Below, one piece after another: positions 52,148 to 62,616 of a stretch of DNA of 64,000 bases. The stretch is from Andalucia godoyi And28. Lineage: Eukaryota > Protista > Jakobida. The DNA is taken from NCBI GenBank assembly GCA_009859145.1, contig VRVR01000030.1, positions 190,612 through 254,611 on the forward strand, written 5' to 3'. Position numbers and translations under genes: made by a program. Every line of letters begins with the position of its first letter. Positions within the stretch are counted from its first letter, which is position 1. The notes beneath the pieces were generated by a model. It was not told where the DNA came from. It made no database searches and saw nothing but the letters and a program-made list of their open reading frames with translations.

Positions 52148-52708
52148 ATGTCTGGGTCTCCGCCGTCGCCGACTCGGAATCGTAAGTTGTGTGTTGTGGG
52201 GTTCCGAGCAGTTGGAAAGTCTGCGGTGACGTTCCAGTTCTGCGAGGACCGGTTTGTGGACACATATTCTCCAACGATTGAGACGTCGTTTCGAAAGTCA
52301 GTCAAGAATGTTCCTGTTGAGATTGTCGATACAGCAGGGATGGACGAGTATTCGTTGTTTCAACCTCAGCATGCAATCGGGGTGGATGGGTACATCCTGG
52401 TGTATGCTGTGACTGCGCGGTCGTCGTTTGAGATTCTAAAGACAATCAACGATAAGATCCTCAATGCTCATGGATCAGACAAGGTCCCCCGCGTGCTCGT
52501 GGGCAACAAGACGGATCTGGAGGTCGAGCGGCAAGTAAGCTCTGCAGAGGGTAATGCACTCGCATCGGAATGGGGTGCGCCATTCATCGAGTGCTCTGCG
52601 CGAACTGGAAAGGGCGTCCAGGAGGCATTCGAAGCATGCGTGGCAGAAATCATGAGAAAGGAAGGCGGTTGGGAGGAAAAGAAGAAGGGCAGGTGCGTCG
52701 TCATGTAG
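52148..52708 (+). CDS. RHEB: Rheb small GTPase
   Basis: GFRAVGKS (Rheb-type Arg), YSPTIE, DTAGMDEY, GNKTDL, C-terminal CVVM CaaX box. Confidence 0.93.
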   Translation: MSGSPPSPTRNRKLCVVGFRAVGKSAVTFQFCEDRFVDTYSPTIETSFRKSVKNVPVEIVDTAGMDEYSLFQPQHAIGVDGYILVYAVTARSSFEILKTINDKILNAHGSDKVPRVLVGNKTDLEVERQVSSAEGNALASEWGAPFIECSARTGKGVQEAFEACVAEIMRKEGGWEEKKKGRCVVM

Positions 52709-53017
52709 AACAACAGCAACCTGCATCCTTCCGGAGATCTCGTATTGTGAGTTCTTCCTTTGACGTTATCCTTGCCTTACCCTTTCTTTTCTTTTCTTGT
52801 TTTCTTTTCTTTTGCTTTGTTGTCCACATGTACGATTTTGTAATTTGCTTGAGCTAGAGGATTGTTTGTTCAAAAACACAGCTTGTAAACATATGTTTCT
52901 TTTCCCCAACGCCATCGCCGCCGCCATCGCCGCCGCTGCCCTCCGGTCTCCCTCCTGTTTTTTATCAGGTTCCTTGCAGGTCCCCGATTGTTTCGTTTCC
53001 GCTGAGTGAACAATGGA

Positions 53018-54664
53018 TTACACCGGGGGCTTGGGGTGCTTGGATGGTGGCGGGCCGTCTTCGACGCTTTCCCCGTCTTCACCATCCTGACCGTCTCGCA
53101 GCCTCACAAAGCCCGCCATCTTCAACAGCGCGTGATGCTGGTTGTGGCCAAGTTGGCCGCCAGAGCCCTTGGTGCCAACACCAGGAATCGGACCTGGCTT
53201 GGGCTGCTTTGCTATCTTTCGACGCTCAGCAGCCAGCACAGCCACTGAAAATCCTTCTAATGCAGAGCGCGGCCTTGAAATGTAGACGGCAGGGTCGGCT
53301 TCCTGCGCAGCTGCGGCACGGTACTTGAGCACTCCGCCCTGCGAGCCTCCGCGAGAATTGTACAATAGATGGCATCCAGATCGCGTGCTAACCATCAGCT
53401 GGTGAATCAGCGCGTGGTAGGAGAGACACGTTACGGCAGACTGGTCTGGGCAGTCAAACAGTGGCTTCTCGAGGCACTGATCGATGTGCTCGGCATTGTC
53501 TGCAAGATCAAACTGCACCACGTGGGAGCCAAGGGAAACAAACACAGTGCTTCCATAAACATCAAAATGCGAACAGGGCACCGTTCTCTTCGTGCTCGTA
53601 CTACACAGGTCCACAAATCGGAACGTTGAAGGATTCTTCTCTTTCGAATCCACCACGACAATGCCACTGTCCACCAGCACGACAAAATGTCTGCCGTCGT
53701 CACCCAACGGTTTGATTCCTCGAACCTCCGCATCCATTGAGAAGACGACAGGAGGCAGACTGGCCGAGTTTGCAGTGTCATGCAAATGAACAAGTGTTCC
53801 GCGACCTACTAGAATGTGTGATGTTCCTGGGATCCAGCAAACACACGAACACGCAGTTCGGGGAGCAGGGGATTTCCCAACGTACTTTTGCACCAAACCA
53901 TCATTCTTCCACGAAACTTCCCAGACTCGCAGCGTCCCATCTTCCGCCACCGTCGCCAGCGATCCAGCCAATCCATGATGTTCACCGACCTGCGGACGAC
54001 GAGCCAGCACGTCGTCGGTCGTTGCCCATACGGCATCCACAACCTGTGCCGTGTGTCCTTTGGTTCGTGACACGTCCACAAGATACTGGTCTCCGCGGAC
54101 TGACATGGCAAAGCACTTGCTCTCGCGATTCAAAATTCGGAATGTTGGATCACCTGACAGCAGAACAGCCAAAGCACGACCATCCGGCGACCAGACAGCC
54201 CGACTTGGAAATTCCGACGAGTATTTGACGGTTCGAAAAGACGAAAAGGACGCATGCAGATCTGCAAAGAACAGCCCTTGCTTGGACGCGAGTGCAAGCC
54301 GATTGCAGGACGGATCAAGGCTGTGTGAAACAATGTCAGTTGCAGGAGCGAATGCAAACGCCGCGTCCAGTTCAGGAGTCGGCCTTCTTGCAGTAAACTG
54401 CGGCAATGGCTCGGCTCTCCCCATGTTCCGTGTGTTCGTCGCCACAGACTCGTGAAATTTCTCGGCACCAAGCGATGAAGCTCTCATCTCTGGAAGACGG
54501 CCCCGTGTATTTTCAATTGTCTGCTCACTCTGTAGTTGCGGAGCGACCGACTGGGCAAGCTGTATTGGCTTGGCTGGCTTTGGCTTGGGAGCTGCCGGCT
54601 GTGCTCCTCCAAACGAACCAAATCCAAACATTGCCATCACATCATCGTTATCATTGCTGCTCAT
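53018..54664 (-). CDS. WDR70: WDR70-like WD40 protein
   Basis: MFGFGSFGG N-terminus, GDQYLVDVSRTKGHT, C-terminal PKPGPIPGVGTKGSGGQLG. Confidence 0.75.
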   Translation of the reverse strand: MSSNDNDDVMAMFGFGSFGGAQPAAPKPKPAKPIQLAQSVAPQLQSEQTIENTRGRLPEMRASSLGAEKFHESVATNTRNMGRAEPLPQFTARRPTPELDAAFAFAPATDIVSHSLDPSCNRLALASKQGLFFADLHASFSSFRTVKYSSEFPSRAVWSPDGRALAVLLSGDPTFRILNRESKCFAMSVRGDQYLVDVSRTKGHTAQVVDAVWATTDDVLARRPQVGEHHGLAGSLATVAEDGTLRVWEVSWKNDGLVQKYVGKSPAPRTACSCVCWIPGTSHILVGRGTLVHLHDTANSASLPPVVFSMDAEVRGIKPLGDDGRHFVVLVDSGIVVVDSKEKNPSTFRFVDLCSTSTKRTVPCSHFDVYGSTVFVSLGSHVVQFDLADNAEHIDQCLEKPLFDCPDQSAVTCLSYHALIHQLMVSTRSGCHLLYNSRGGSQGGVLKYRAAAAQEADPAVYISRPRSALEGFSVAVLAAERRKIAKQPKPGPIPGVGTKGSGGQLGHNQHHALLKMAGFVRLRDGQDGEDGESVEDGPPPSKHPKPPV

Positions 54665-55138
54665 TTTCTTCTTTTTCTTCCATAGGAAACCCCCTCTAAA
54701 CAAAAACACAAAGCATATAATAACATCAAAGGTAAAACAAAACAACGTAAAACCAATAATGACAGGCATCTGGCGGGAAGAGTCGACACGTGTCGACTTC
54801 ACGAGGCAGCGCTTCGGTGTCTTTTATGTTTTTCAAGGCCCCAGAACAAGGAACCGGTGTATTCGCACGTATATTTTCAGAAATCGCAACTCTCCAAACA
54901 CGAAGGATGATGATTTGGCCTTTTACTCACCTGCCTGTGCCTGTTCGTCTGCGACCAGTCCCACTTTTTTGCAGGATCGTTTTTCCAACACGCAAAAACA
55001 CCGAATACAGTTTCGGTGCGACGACAATGCACCTTGTAAAGCACTCTGTGTGTGTACATGCATTGTTTAGATGGAGCGAAATACGCTAGCTCCAATAGGA
55101 ATGCCTTCGTTTCTACCTTTGATTCAGCTTCTCCTGAT

Positions 55139-56299
55139 CTACGCTTCGCCACCACCGTCGTCATGACCTGCTTCGTGTGCAAATGGCTTCTGGAGAACAA
55201 ACCAAGCGCACTGGAACACCTGGGAGCTCATGGACAGTTTGTTTGCGCAGTAGGTGGTGGACACCTGCTCGATGGGCTGAATGACCTTGAACCCGATAGC
55301 GAGCGCATGGTGCCAAATGTCCGTGAGCGTAAAGACGACAGACGCCCTGTGGTGCCAGACTAGTGGTCCGCAGTTGACCCAATATCCACCGTTTTTGAGT
55401 ACTCGGTGGATGGAGGAGAGATAGTCGTCCAGCACGACTGCAGTATCGAGGAAGAAGCACGTTGCAACGACGTTAAACTCCTCGCGAACCTGCGCATAAG
55501 CATGTACAAATTCGCCTCCGATTACACTCAATCGGTCAGAGCACGAAGTCAGAGGAGCCAAGTTCACGTCTGGGATATACACGGGCCGCACAGCGTGTTC
55601 CCATGCGATAACGTTGTTGAACGAGTGCACAAACGGATAGATGGGGATCCTGAGAAACCCACTCGAGGGTGACTGCGAGTCCTGGTCGTCGGATCTGTTG
55701 CCATCCGCGCAACAACGACGATGGAGTTCCGGCAGTGAGTTGATGAACCAGTTGGAGGACAGTAGAAAATGCGAGGAAAAGTCATTGGCTTCGGCCGAGA
55801 ACCCCAACAAGACAAGGTCCACCATCAGTCGCCCAAGTCCACAGCCTGGCAGCAAGACCTTGACGGCATGCCGATCGACTCCGAAAGCCTGTTCGATGAA
55901 GTTGCGGATTTTCCCGAGTGTCTGTTCGCGCTCTTCAGCACCTTCATCGGACCACTCACGCATGAACTGCGTCAGCGTTGATTGCGCCTTCATAAGATCG
56001 TCGTCTGAAGACACAATTTCCTGGCGAGATGCATACCGCAGCGGCAGTATTTCCAATGGAAACGGCACGTCTGACTCGTGGAGTTCAAGGATCTTCTGGA
56101 AAAAGTCGTGGTTGGCACGCAAGCACGCAGCAACCTGTGCCTTGCGCTCCGCTTCGACCTGCGGGTCCAACGACACTTCCTGCGCAAGAACAAGCATGCG
56201 GTGGGGATAGTACTCTGCAATCGACACGAGGCCTCTTTCAAAATACTCCATCTCTTCCGTCTCCTGAACACCCATCTCTCCCAAGAAACTGCTCGTCAT
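55139..56299 (-). CDS. CARNMT1: Carnosine N-methyltransferase-like (N2227 family)
   Basis: FMREWSDEGAEER, VLLPGCGLGRL, EANDFS, CFFLDTA, WVNCGPLVWH. Confidence 0.88.
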   Translation of the reverse strand: MTSSFLGEMGVQETEEMEYFERGLVSIAEYYPHRMLVLAQEVSLDPQVEAERKAQVAACLRANHDFFQKILELHESDVPFPLEILPLRYASRQEIVSSDDDLMKAQSTLTQFMREWSDEGAEEREQTLGKIRNFIEQAFGVDRHAVKVLLPGCGLGRLMVDLVLLGFSAEANDFSSHFLLSSNWFINSLPELHRRCCADGNRSDDQDSQSPSSGFLRIPIYPFVHSFNNVIAWEHAVRPVYIPDVNLAPLTSCSDRLSVIGGEFVHAYAQVREEFNVVATCFFLDTAVVLDDYLSSIHRVLKNGGYWVNCGPLVWHHRASVVFTLTDIWHHALAIGFKVIQPIEQVSTTYCANKLSMSSQVFQCAWFVLQKPFAHEAGHDDGGGEA

Positions 56300-56731
56300 T
56301 TCGCATCGCTGGAGAAACAACCGAAAAATCAAGCCTAGCAAACGGACGCACGCACGCACGCACGCACGGACGAACGAAACCCAAAGTAATGCAAAACGCG
56401 CCGAAACAACGAGTGCCGAAAAACGTAACAAGCCGAAAAATATAAACAAAGACTAAAAAAATAATAACAATATTAAAAATAAATGAAAGTCCCACAGAAG
56501 AAAAAATTAAACAGACAAACAAACAAGAAAACTGCAAAGCAGAGAATTACTGGCGATTTCAAGTTTTACGCAAGCACACACATACACAACCGCACGGAAA
56601 CAGAGAGTGCGAGAGTGGGAGAGTGAGTGAGTGAGAGAGAGAGAGAGGGAGAGAGAGGGAGAGAGAGAGAGAGAAAGGGAAAAATGTACATGATAATGGC
56701 AGAGGGACTTCAGAGGGAGTGAATTCGTAAG

Positions 56732-57052
56732 CTAGACGACATCGGTGAGCATGCTGATGTTTTCGCCTTTGAGAAGGATTCTTCCGAGAGGAACTGGGGC
56801 GGAATGGGCGAGCGGTCTGCCTTTCTTGTACTGCACTTCGCATGCATCGTCCAGCACGAGGTTCATGTACTCGTCGAACCCTATGAGCGTCCCATGGATC
56901 CGAAACGACGTGTTGTCGTACAGCGCAAGACAAATCGGCGTCTTTTGCTGCCAATGCTTAAATAGCAGGTTGATCGGCTGCAGCATCGCCTGCGACGACA
57001 CCGCGCGAGGTGGAGCAAACCCATGTCGCTGCTGATGGCTCTCGCTCGACAT
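56732..57052 (-). CDS. SNRPE: Small nuclear ribonucleoprotein Sm E
   Basis: MLQPINLLFK, IHGTLIGFDEYMNLVLDDA, LGRILLKGENI. Confidence 0.92.
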   Translation of the reverse strand: MSSESHQQRHGFAPPRAVSSQAMLQPINLLFKHWQQKTPICLALYDNTSFRIHGTLIGFDEYMNLVLDDACEVQYKKGRPLAHSAPVPLGRILLKGENISMLTDVV

Positions 57053-57194
57053 GATTCTTTGGGAAATCAAAACAATATTAATATTAATTATAATAATACG
57101 AATAATAAAGATTAGAACTGGTTATTCTTCTTCTTCCTACGCGCCGAGTCTGTTCGAGGTTTTGATGGAATGGAAACGCAAAGATTTTTATGGA

Positions 57195-57512
57195 TTACGA
57201 CAGCGGGTCGTACGACTTGTCTTGGAAAAGACGCTTGAGCATGATGCGGACGAAATAGTGCCCAGCGCCGGAGACCATTCCCTGGATGAACGGCGTGACG
57301 AACAGCTCGTTTACCTTTCGAAGCACTCGAGCCTGCGCGTCTCTCTTCGCCTGCTCTGCTGCACTTCTCGAGTGCACACCCACACCCGCTCCCGCTTCGA
57401 TGACGTCGTACTCGTCCTCATGAATCACCGTCGCATGCTCTTTCCCATCCGCCCCGTCTTCTACGATCAGCGCATCCACATGCGTGTGTCGAACTGCTCC
57501 AGGCTGCTGCAT
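57195..57512 (-). CDS. Small protein with acidic N-terminus and one C-terminal Gly-rich membrane-like helix (Mim1-like motif)
   Basis: ATG-initiated 105-aa ORF between two genes; FVTPFIQGMVSGAGHYFVRIML. Confidence 0.55.
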   Translation of the reverse strand: MQQPGAVRHTHVDALIVEDGADGKEHATVIHEDEYDVIEAGAGVGVHSRSAAEQAKRDAQARVLRKVNELFVTPFIQGMVSGAGHYFVRIMLKRLFQDKSYDPLS

Positions 57513-57695
57513 CTTTTTCTTTCTCTCTTTCTCTTTCTCTCCCTCTCTCTCTGTGTTGAATACTGTACTTTGCGAAATAACCGGGGAGCGTGCAGGATTT
57601 TTTCACAAGGTGGAATTCAGAGGAAGGCACATTACAGCAGTCAAGGAATTTTTTCCCTCCACATGGGCGAGGATAGTAGTCTACGGGTGGTAATT

Positions 57696-59372
57696 TTATG
57701 ATGAAAGATGGAGGCGTCCGACTCCAAAGGGGACTGTGAGGACATCGCTGTCTTGTAAGACGACAGCAGCGAGAGGAGCACACGCAGCAAACTGCACGCG
57801 CGCAACTCCCGTACGCATATGCATCCATCCGATCAGCCGCACCGCGACAAACGGAACTCGCTGCAGCATATACACTGCCACGTACGACGATCGGCCATTC
57901 TCAAACGCAACCAGCACTCTTCCCACACTCTTTTCTTCGTCACCATCCTGCTCCTCCTCCTCTCTCTCTTCCATCCAGTCCTCCACGCTCTCCTCGTTCT
58001 CTCCCGCGCTACCGCCACTCTTTTTTTCTCTGGCGACCGGCCTCCCATTCCTTTCGAATGCACGGTTGCGAGAGGAACGTGGAACGTACCGCGAGGAAGA
58101 CACAGTAATGGACGATACTTGGCCACCAACCACGACTCGTGACCGCACGTCCCTATCAGGGCTGGCATTCTCCCCGCTCCCACTTTCATCCGCAGCATCA
58201 TCGACCCACTCGACATCGTCACAACCATACGATGACGAGGAAGCGAATGGACGGGCGTGTTCGATGCCACAAAAGTCAAACTGCTGGGGGTCTGTGCGCA
58301 CATGCATTGGTCGCGCATCGCTGGACACCTCCGCAATCCAGAAACCTCCTGCAGCTCCCTCTGCTGCAGCGGCTGTGGCATAGAACAACAGCGACTCGCA
58401 GTCCGACAGCGCCATGCACGTTACTCGCGCGCCATCACCCACATGCAGCACTTTCCGTATCACTGCTCCCGTCGTCGTCGAAGAGTAAGGAGAAGCAGAA
58501 ACGGAAGAAGAATAAGAAGACGGGCAGAGAGAGACAAGAGTGATACAGTTCCCACTGGATACCGCCACGACTGTTCCACGCGTGCCCACTTCAAACCCTA
58601 GCCCAAGCCCCAAATCTGCTGGTGCTGTCGCTGGAGAAGGAGGATGAAGGAGGGTGGGAAGAATTATGGGGCAGGAGAGGGCGTCGAGAAAGAAAAGTCT
58701 GCCGAATGTGGACAAGACGATATGCATGCCCACGGCCGAGATTGCCATCGCCGCGACGTCTTCCTTCTCATCGAGTGCGAGCGTGACTGAGGAGAGCGGT
58801 ACAAGCGACACGAGAGCATCAAGCGGTGCAGTCAATGTCGCCGTCATCAGTCTGTTCTGCGCAGGCGAAGCCGTGGAGGCGGCTGCGGTAGAGATTGCGA
58901 GGGTGGCCGCAGTGGGACGGACGGGATGCCATGCGAACGCATCGACAACATTTGGCGACTCGATCCACACAGGCGATGGCACTGATGACGAGGAAGATGG
59001 TGGCGCGAGGGTGAGGATGCACACGAACCGGGAGCGGTGTGGCGCGTACAGAGCATAGGTAGCGCGAGATGGATGCCAGACGACTACGCCAGGAGCCGGA
59101 ATCCGTTCTGCATGGAGCTGCTGCCATTGCGATGGTACATGATGAGACTGGTATGGCGACGACGACGATGCGGGTGGGGTTGCAGAGGGACCGTGTGGAT
59201 GAGCAAGGGACGAAGGCGGATACGGCAGTGTGAGCAGCCGCGAGTGATGCTCGGCATGTGTGTACTCGAGAGGACCCGGTGGACACTGCATTGTCGCACT
59301 GTTCAGACCACCGCGGCTATCATACGAAAAGGCAGACGGACGCGGAGTTATCAACGCGCTGCTACGACTCAT
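57696..59372 (-). CDS. Hypothetical protein, possibly a divergent beta-propeller with low-complexity inserts
   Basis: 558-aa ORF with WD-like strands (VVVWHPS, DAFAWHP, VTCMALSDCESLLFYA). Confidence 0.6.
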   Translation of the reverse strand: MSRSSALITPRPSAFSYDSRGGLNSATMQCPPGPLEYTHAEHHSRLLTLPYPPSSLAHPHGPSATPPASSSSPYQSHHVPSQWQQLHAERIPAPGVVVWHPSRATYALYAPHRSRFVCILTLAPPSSSSSVPSPVWIESPNVVDAFAWHPVRPTAATLAISTAAASTASPAQNRLMTATLTAPLDALVSLVPLSSVTLALDEKEDVAAMAISAVGMHIVLSTFGRLFFLDALSCPIILPTLLHPPSPATAPADLGLGLGFEVGTRGTVVAVSSGNCITLVSLCPSSYSSSVSASPYSSTTTGAVIRKVLHVGDGARVTCMALSDCESLLFYATAAAAEGAAGGFWIAEVSSDARPMHVRTDPQQFDFCGIEHARPFASSSSYGCDDVEWVDDAADESGSGENASPDRDVRSRVVVGGQVSSITVSSSRYVPRSSRNRAFERNGRPVAREKKSGGSAGENEESVEDWMEEREEEEQDGDEEKSVGRVLVAFENGRSSYVAVYMLQRVPFVAVRLIGWMHMRTGVARVQFAACAPLAAVVLQDSDVLTVPFGVGRLHLSS

Positions 59373-60118
59373 TCCCTCTGTTTTCTATCTGGAGATGTTT
59401 TGCACCCTGCTTTTTTTCTTTTCTTTTCTTTTTTTCTTCACACTCTTCTTTGCCAGGTTCTCCGTGTCCACGTGCATTTGTATCATCGTGCATTCGTGTA
59501 TTCCTTTTTGTCTTTTCGCGGTACAGTCGGCGGAACTTGCGCAAATTCAAGATTGCGGCTCAGCTGACCGCGTAGTTCTTCTCGCGCCGACGTCCTCAAC
59601 CCCCCAGAGTAGCCCCTTTTCCGGAACCCAATCGTGCAAAGCAATACTCCCACCGCTCCTGACGCGCTTCTTCGTGCTGTAGTACTGTAGTGTTTTTTCT
59701 CACAGCAGGCAAACCATTTTCCAACCACTGTCCACCTGTCTCGACTTCTCTATTGCGGTTGTAAATTCGAACGAGGTGCGCTGGCAGCACGGTTCTTGAC
59801 TACGTACGACGGATGCACAGAACCCCCCAGTTGCAAGGCCGCCTGGAGTCAAGTGAGACAACAGTTTTTACACAACTCGAGGGAACCTTGAGAGATGGCG
59901 GAGAATATGTGTTTTATTTTCCGATTTCCCCTTCAAAGAACCGTTATCCTTGTTTTGTTGTATGTTTTGAAAAATAAGGACAAGAGAAGAGGGAAACCGG
60001 GGACGCAGTGGACAGTGGGCAAGAGTCGGGAGGGAAAAAAGAAGACCAAAAAAGAGAAGGGATTATAACAAAGAAGGAGGAAAAAAGAGGGGAAAAAAAA
60101 AGGCTGCAACGAATAAGA

Positions 60119-62104
60119 ATGTCGAATCTTCCTGTGCAGCAGACTCCAAAGTCATGGGCGGAGTTTAAGCGTCAGTTTCTCACCACGACTCCAACGTCGT
60201 CTGCTGCAACTACAGGCACAACTACACTGACGACTGGGCCAGGACTTGGAGTGTCGCCGGGTTCACATGTGCAGACGCATCATTATTCTCAGAGCCCCGG
60301 CCACATTCATGGACAAGCGCACGGATATGGACATGGGTCTCCGTCGCACACGACTCCAGGGTCTGGTGCAGGGGTTGCGGGTGCAAGTGGGATGTCGCCG
60401 ATGGATCAGCTGAGAATGCGATTTGCACGCATCCAGCATTCCGCACAGCCTCACACTCATGCACAGTCTCAGTCTCAGTCTCAGTCTCAGTCTCAGTCTC
60501 AGTCTCAGTCTCAGTCTCAGTCTCAGTCTCAGTCTCAGTCTCAGTTTTACTCGCCAGGGCAGCAAGGGTTTTCTGGGTCACCGAGTCCGAATGCCGCGTC
60601 GATGTTAGCAAAGCCGAGTTCTCGAGATGGTGGGAAGAAAAAGAAAAAGAAGCAGCAGCAGATGGAAGGGTCGTCGAGAGGTGCGATGTCTGGGGACGGG
60701 TCGCGCCAAGCAAAGAAGACGAAGCCGACTGCGCAGTCTCGTGCAAGTACACCAGGACATGCGCAAGGGTATGGGCAGTCAACGTCAAAGTCGCCGCAGT
60801 TGGTGTATCAGCCGACGCTGTATGCAGGGAACATGCAAGTTGTGCAGCGGTCCATCCATTCCGAGATGAGCAATGCCGAGTTTGCAAATGACAGCTACCG
60901 CCACAACGAGGGCGATGATGACGATTTTGACAACGATGCGAATGGTGCCAATGATGATGAGGACGACGACGACGTCAATGACGACGAGACCACGGAGAGA
61001 AATGCTGTTGATGAGGATGCGGGAGGCGGAGCCGAGGAAGATGGTGGAGGAATGTTTGGGGGAGATGTGCATCGCATGATGGATTTCGACTTGGAGTCGA
61101 ATGCAGAGATGCTAATGCACAAGGTACGTGCGTACGCAAAGACGTACGAGGATCGGATCCGAGGTCTTCGCCAGGAATTGCACCGCACAAAGGTGCAAGG
61201 ATCCGAGATGATTGGACAGCTGTCGCTGCAGCTCAAGGAAGAAGTCGACATGAATGCAAAGTTTCGCGCGCTGCTCGACGAGCAGGAAGCAGTCATCAAG
61301 TCTCTCCGAAACAGACTGATCGAGTATGAAGAGGCTTCGCGACTCGAGGAAAAGCTGGGGATGCAACCGCGAACTCCAAAGCATTCCCAGCAACAGCAGT
61401 CGCAATCACACGCTCAACACGCTCAACACGCTCAACACGCACAGCAACCCACACAACAACAACAGCCACCACCACCACCACAACAACAGCAACAGCATCA
61501 TCGGCAGCAGCGGGATTCTGAGAGTTTGGCAAGGAGTCGAGAGTCGTCGGCGACGCAGACAATGGAAATGGTGGATCCGCACTCGCACAGAAGTATGCAC
61601 GACTCGCATCCGGGAAATGTATCTGCAGTCGGCGATGAGCAGCTGTCGATGCCATATGAGGACACGAGCAGCAGCTTGGACCACACAGCCGACGGCGACG
61701 AGGAAATGGAAATGCTTGCGCGGCAAATCGAGAACGATTCAAGGTCTGGGGCTGCAGGGAGAAGCACAGGAAGACCGGCACCAGTGACTGCGGTTTCCAC
61801 ATCGTCCATGGCTTCGGTGTCCGGCAGCCCACGGCCGACAAACCGAAGTGCAACTGCGGCTAGAAGCGCTGGTGATCCACGGCAGTTTCGGAGAATTGCG
61901 GCCGATGACGACACCGAGAATGATGCACTCAGTGCGGATGATGCGGTAATGGAACACGACTTTAGAGACGGAGAAGATGCCGATGCCGATGCCGACTCGC
62001 AAAAATCGCCCGTCAAGATCTGGTTTGAAAACGGGCAAGTGTACGTGTCCACAAACTATGATCAAGAGGGCGAAGCAGCGTCTCCACCACGCCACCACCC
62101 CTAG
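60119..62104 (+). CDS. Low-complexity Q/S/D-rich protein with a central coiled coil
   Basis: Long ORF with SQ repeats, an acidic tract and the coiled coil MHKVRAYAKTYEDRIRGLRQEL; no family recognised. Confidence 0.75.
   Translation: MSNLPVQQTPKSWAEFKRQFLTTTPTSSAATTGTTTLTTGPGLGVSPGSHVQTHHYSQSPGHIHGQAHGYGHGSPSHTTPGSGAGVAGASGMSPMDQLRMRFARIQHSAQPHTHAQSQSQSQSQSQSQSQSQSQSQSQSQSQFYSPGQQGFSGSPSPNAASMLAKPSSRDGGKKKKKKQQQMEGSSRGAMSGDGSRQAKKTKPTAQSRASTPGHAQGYGQSTSKSPQLVYQPTLYAGNMQVVQRSIHSEMSNAEFANDSYRHNEGDDDDFDNDANGANDDEDDDDVNDDETTERNAVDEDAGGGAEEDGGGMFGGDVHRMMDFDLESNAEMLMHKVRAYAKTYEDRIRGLRQELHRTKVQGSEMIGQLSLQLKEEVDMNAKFRALLDEQEAVIKSLRNRLIEYEEASRLEEKLGMQPRTPKHSQQQQSQSHAQHAQHAQHAQQPTQQQQPPPPPQQQQQHHRQQRDSESLARSRESSATQTMEMVDPHSHRSMHDSHPGNVSAVGDEQLSMPYEDTSSSLDHTADGDEEMEMLARQIENDSRSGAAGRSTGRPAPVTAVSTSSMASVSGSPRPTNRSATAARSAGDPRQFRRIAADDDTENDALSADDAVMEHDFRDGEDADADADSQKSPVKIWFENGQVYVSTNYDQEGEAASPPRHHP
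60464..60545 (+). repeat. (CAGTCT)n coding microsatellite encoding Gln-Ser
   Basis: About 13 perfect hexamer units in frame. Confidence 0.95.
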
Positions 62105-62616
62105 CGACACGCGCCGCCATTCACACTGTTGCGCTTGTTATACTCCCACATAAATTTGGAGCCATTGCTTACGTAAACCCACAAAGTATTTTACATTCTG
62201 CATGGCATGCTTCCCTGCACGGGAAAATCATCAAATCTTCAGAAAACTTTCAACACTGCGTACGCAATCTCGGGACGGCTTTACATTTTCCAGCAACACT
62301 ACCACCAACTTAAAAAGGGGAAAAGCAATTTTTGAGAATGGCCATTTTTTCAAACCTCGTCAAAACACCCAACAACAACAACAGCAACAGGGACAACAAC
62401 AGCAAAAAGCACCCACCACCTACCAAAACACCATCCCCACCGCCATAAAATCAATAAACACGCACACACGCACGCACACACACACACACACAACACCAAC
62501 GAAAACAAGAGATAATCTAGACGGAATTTCTGTACACACTATTCTGTTCTCGAACCCTTTGCAAAATGAATGCAGATGCAAATGGGAATGCAAATGGAAG
62601 AACAGCAAGGTTCATT

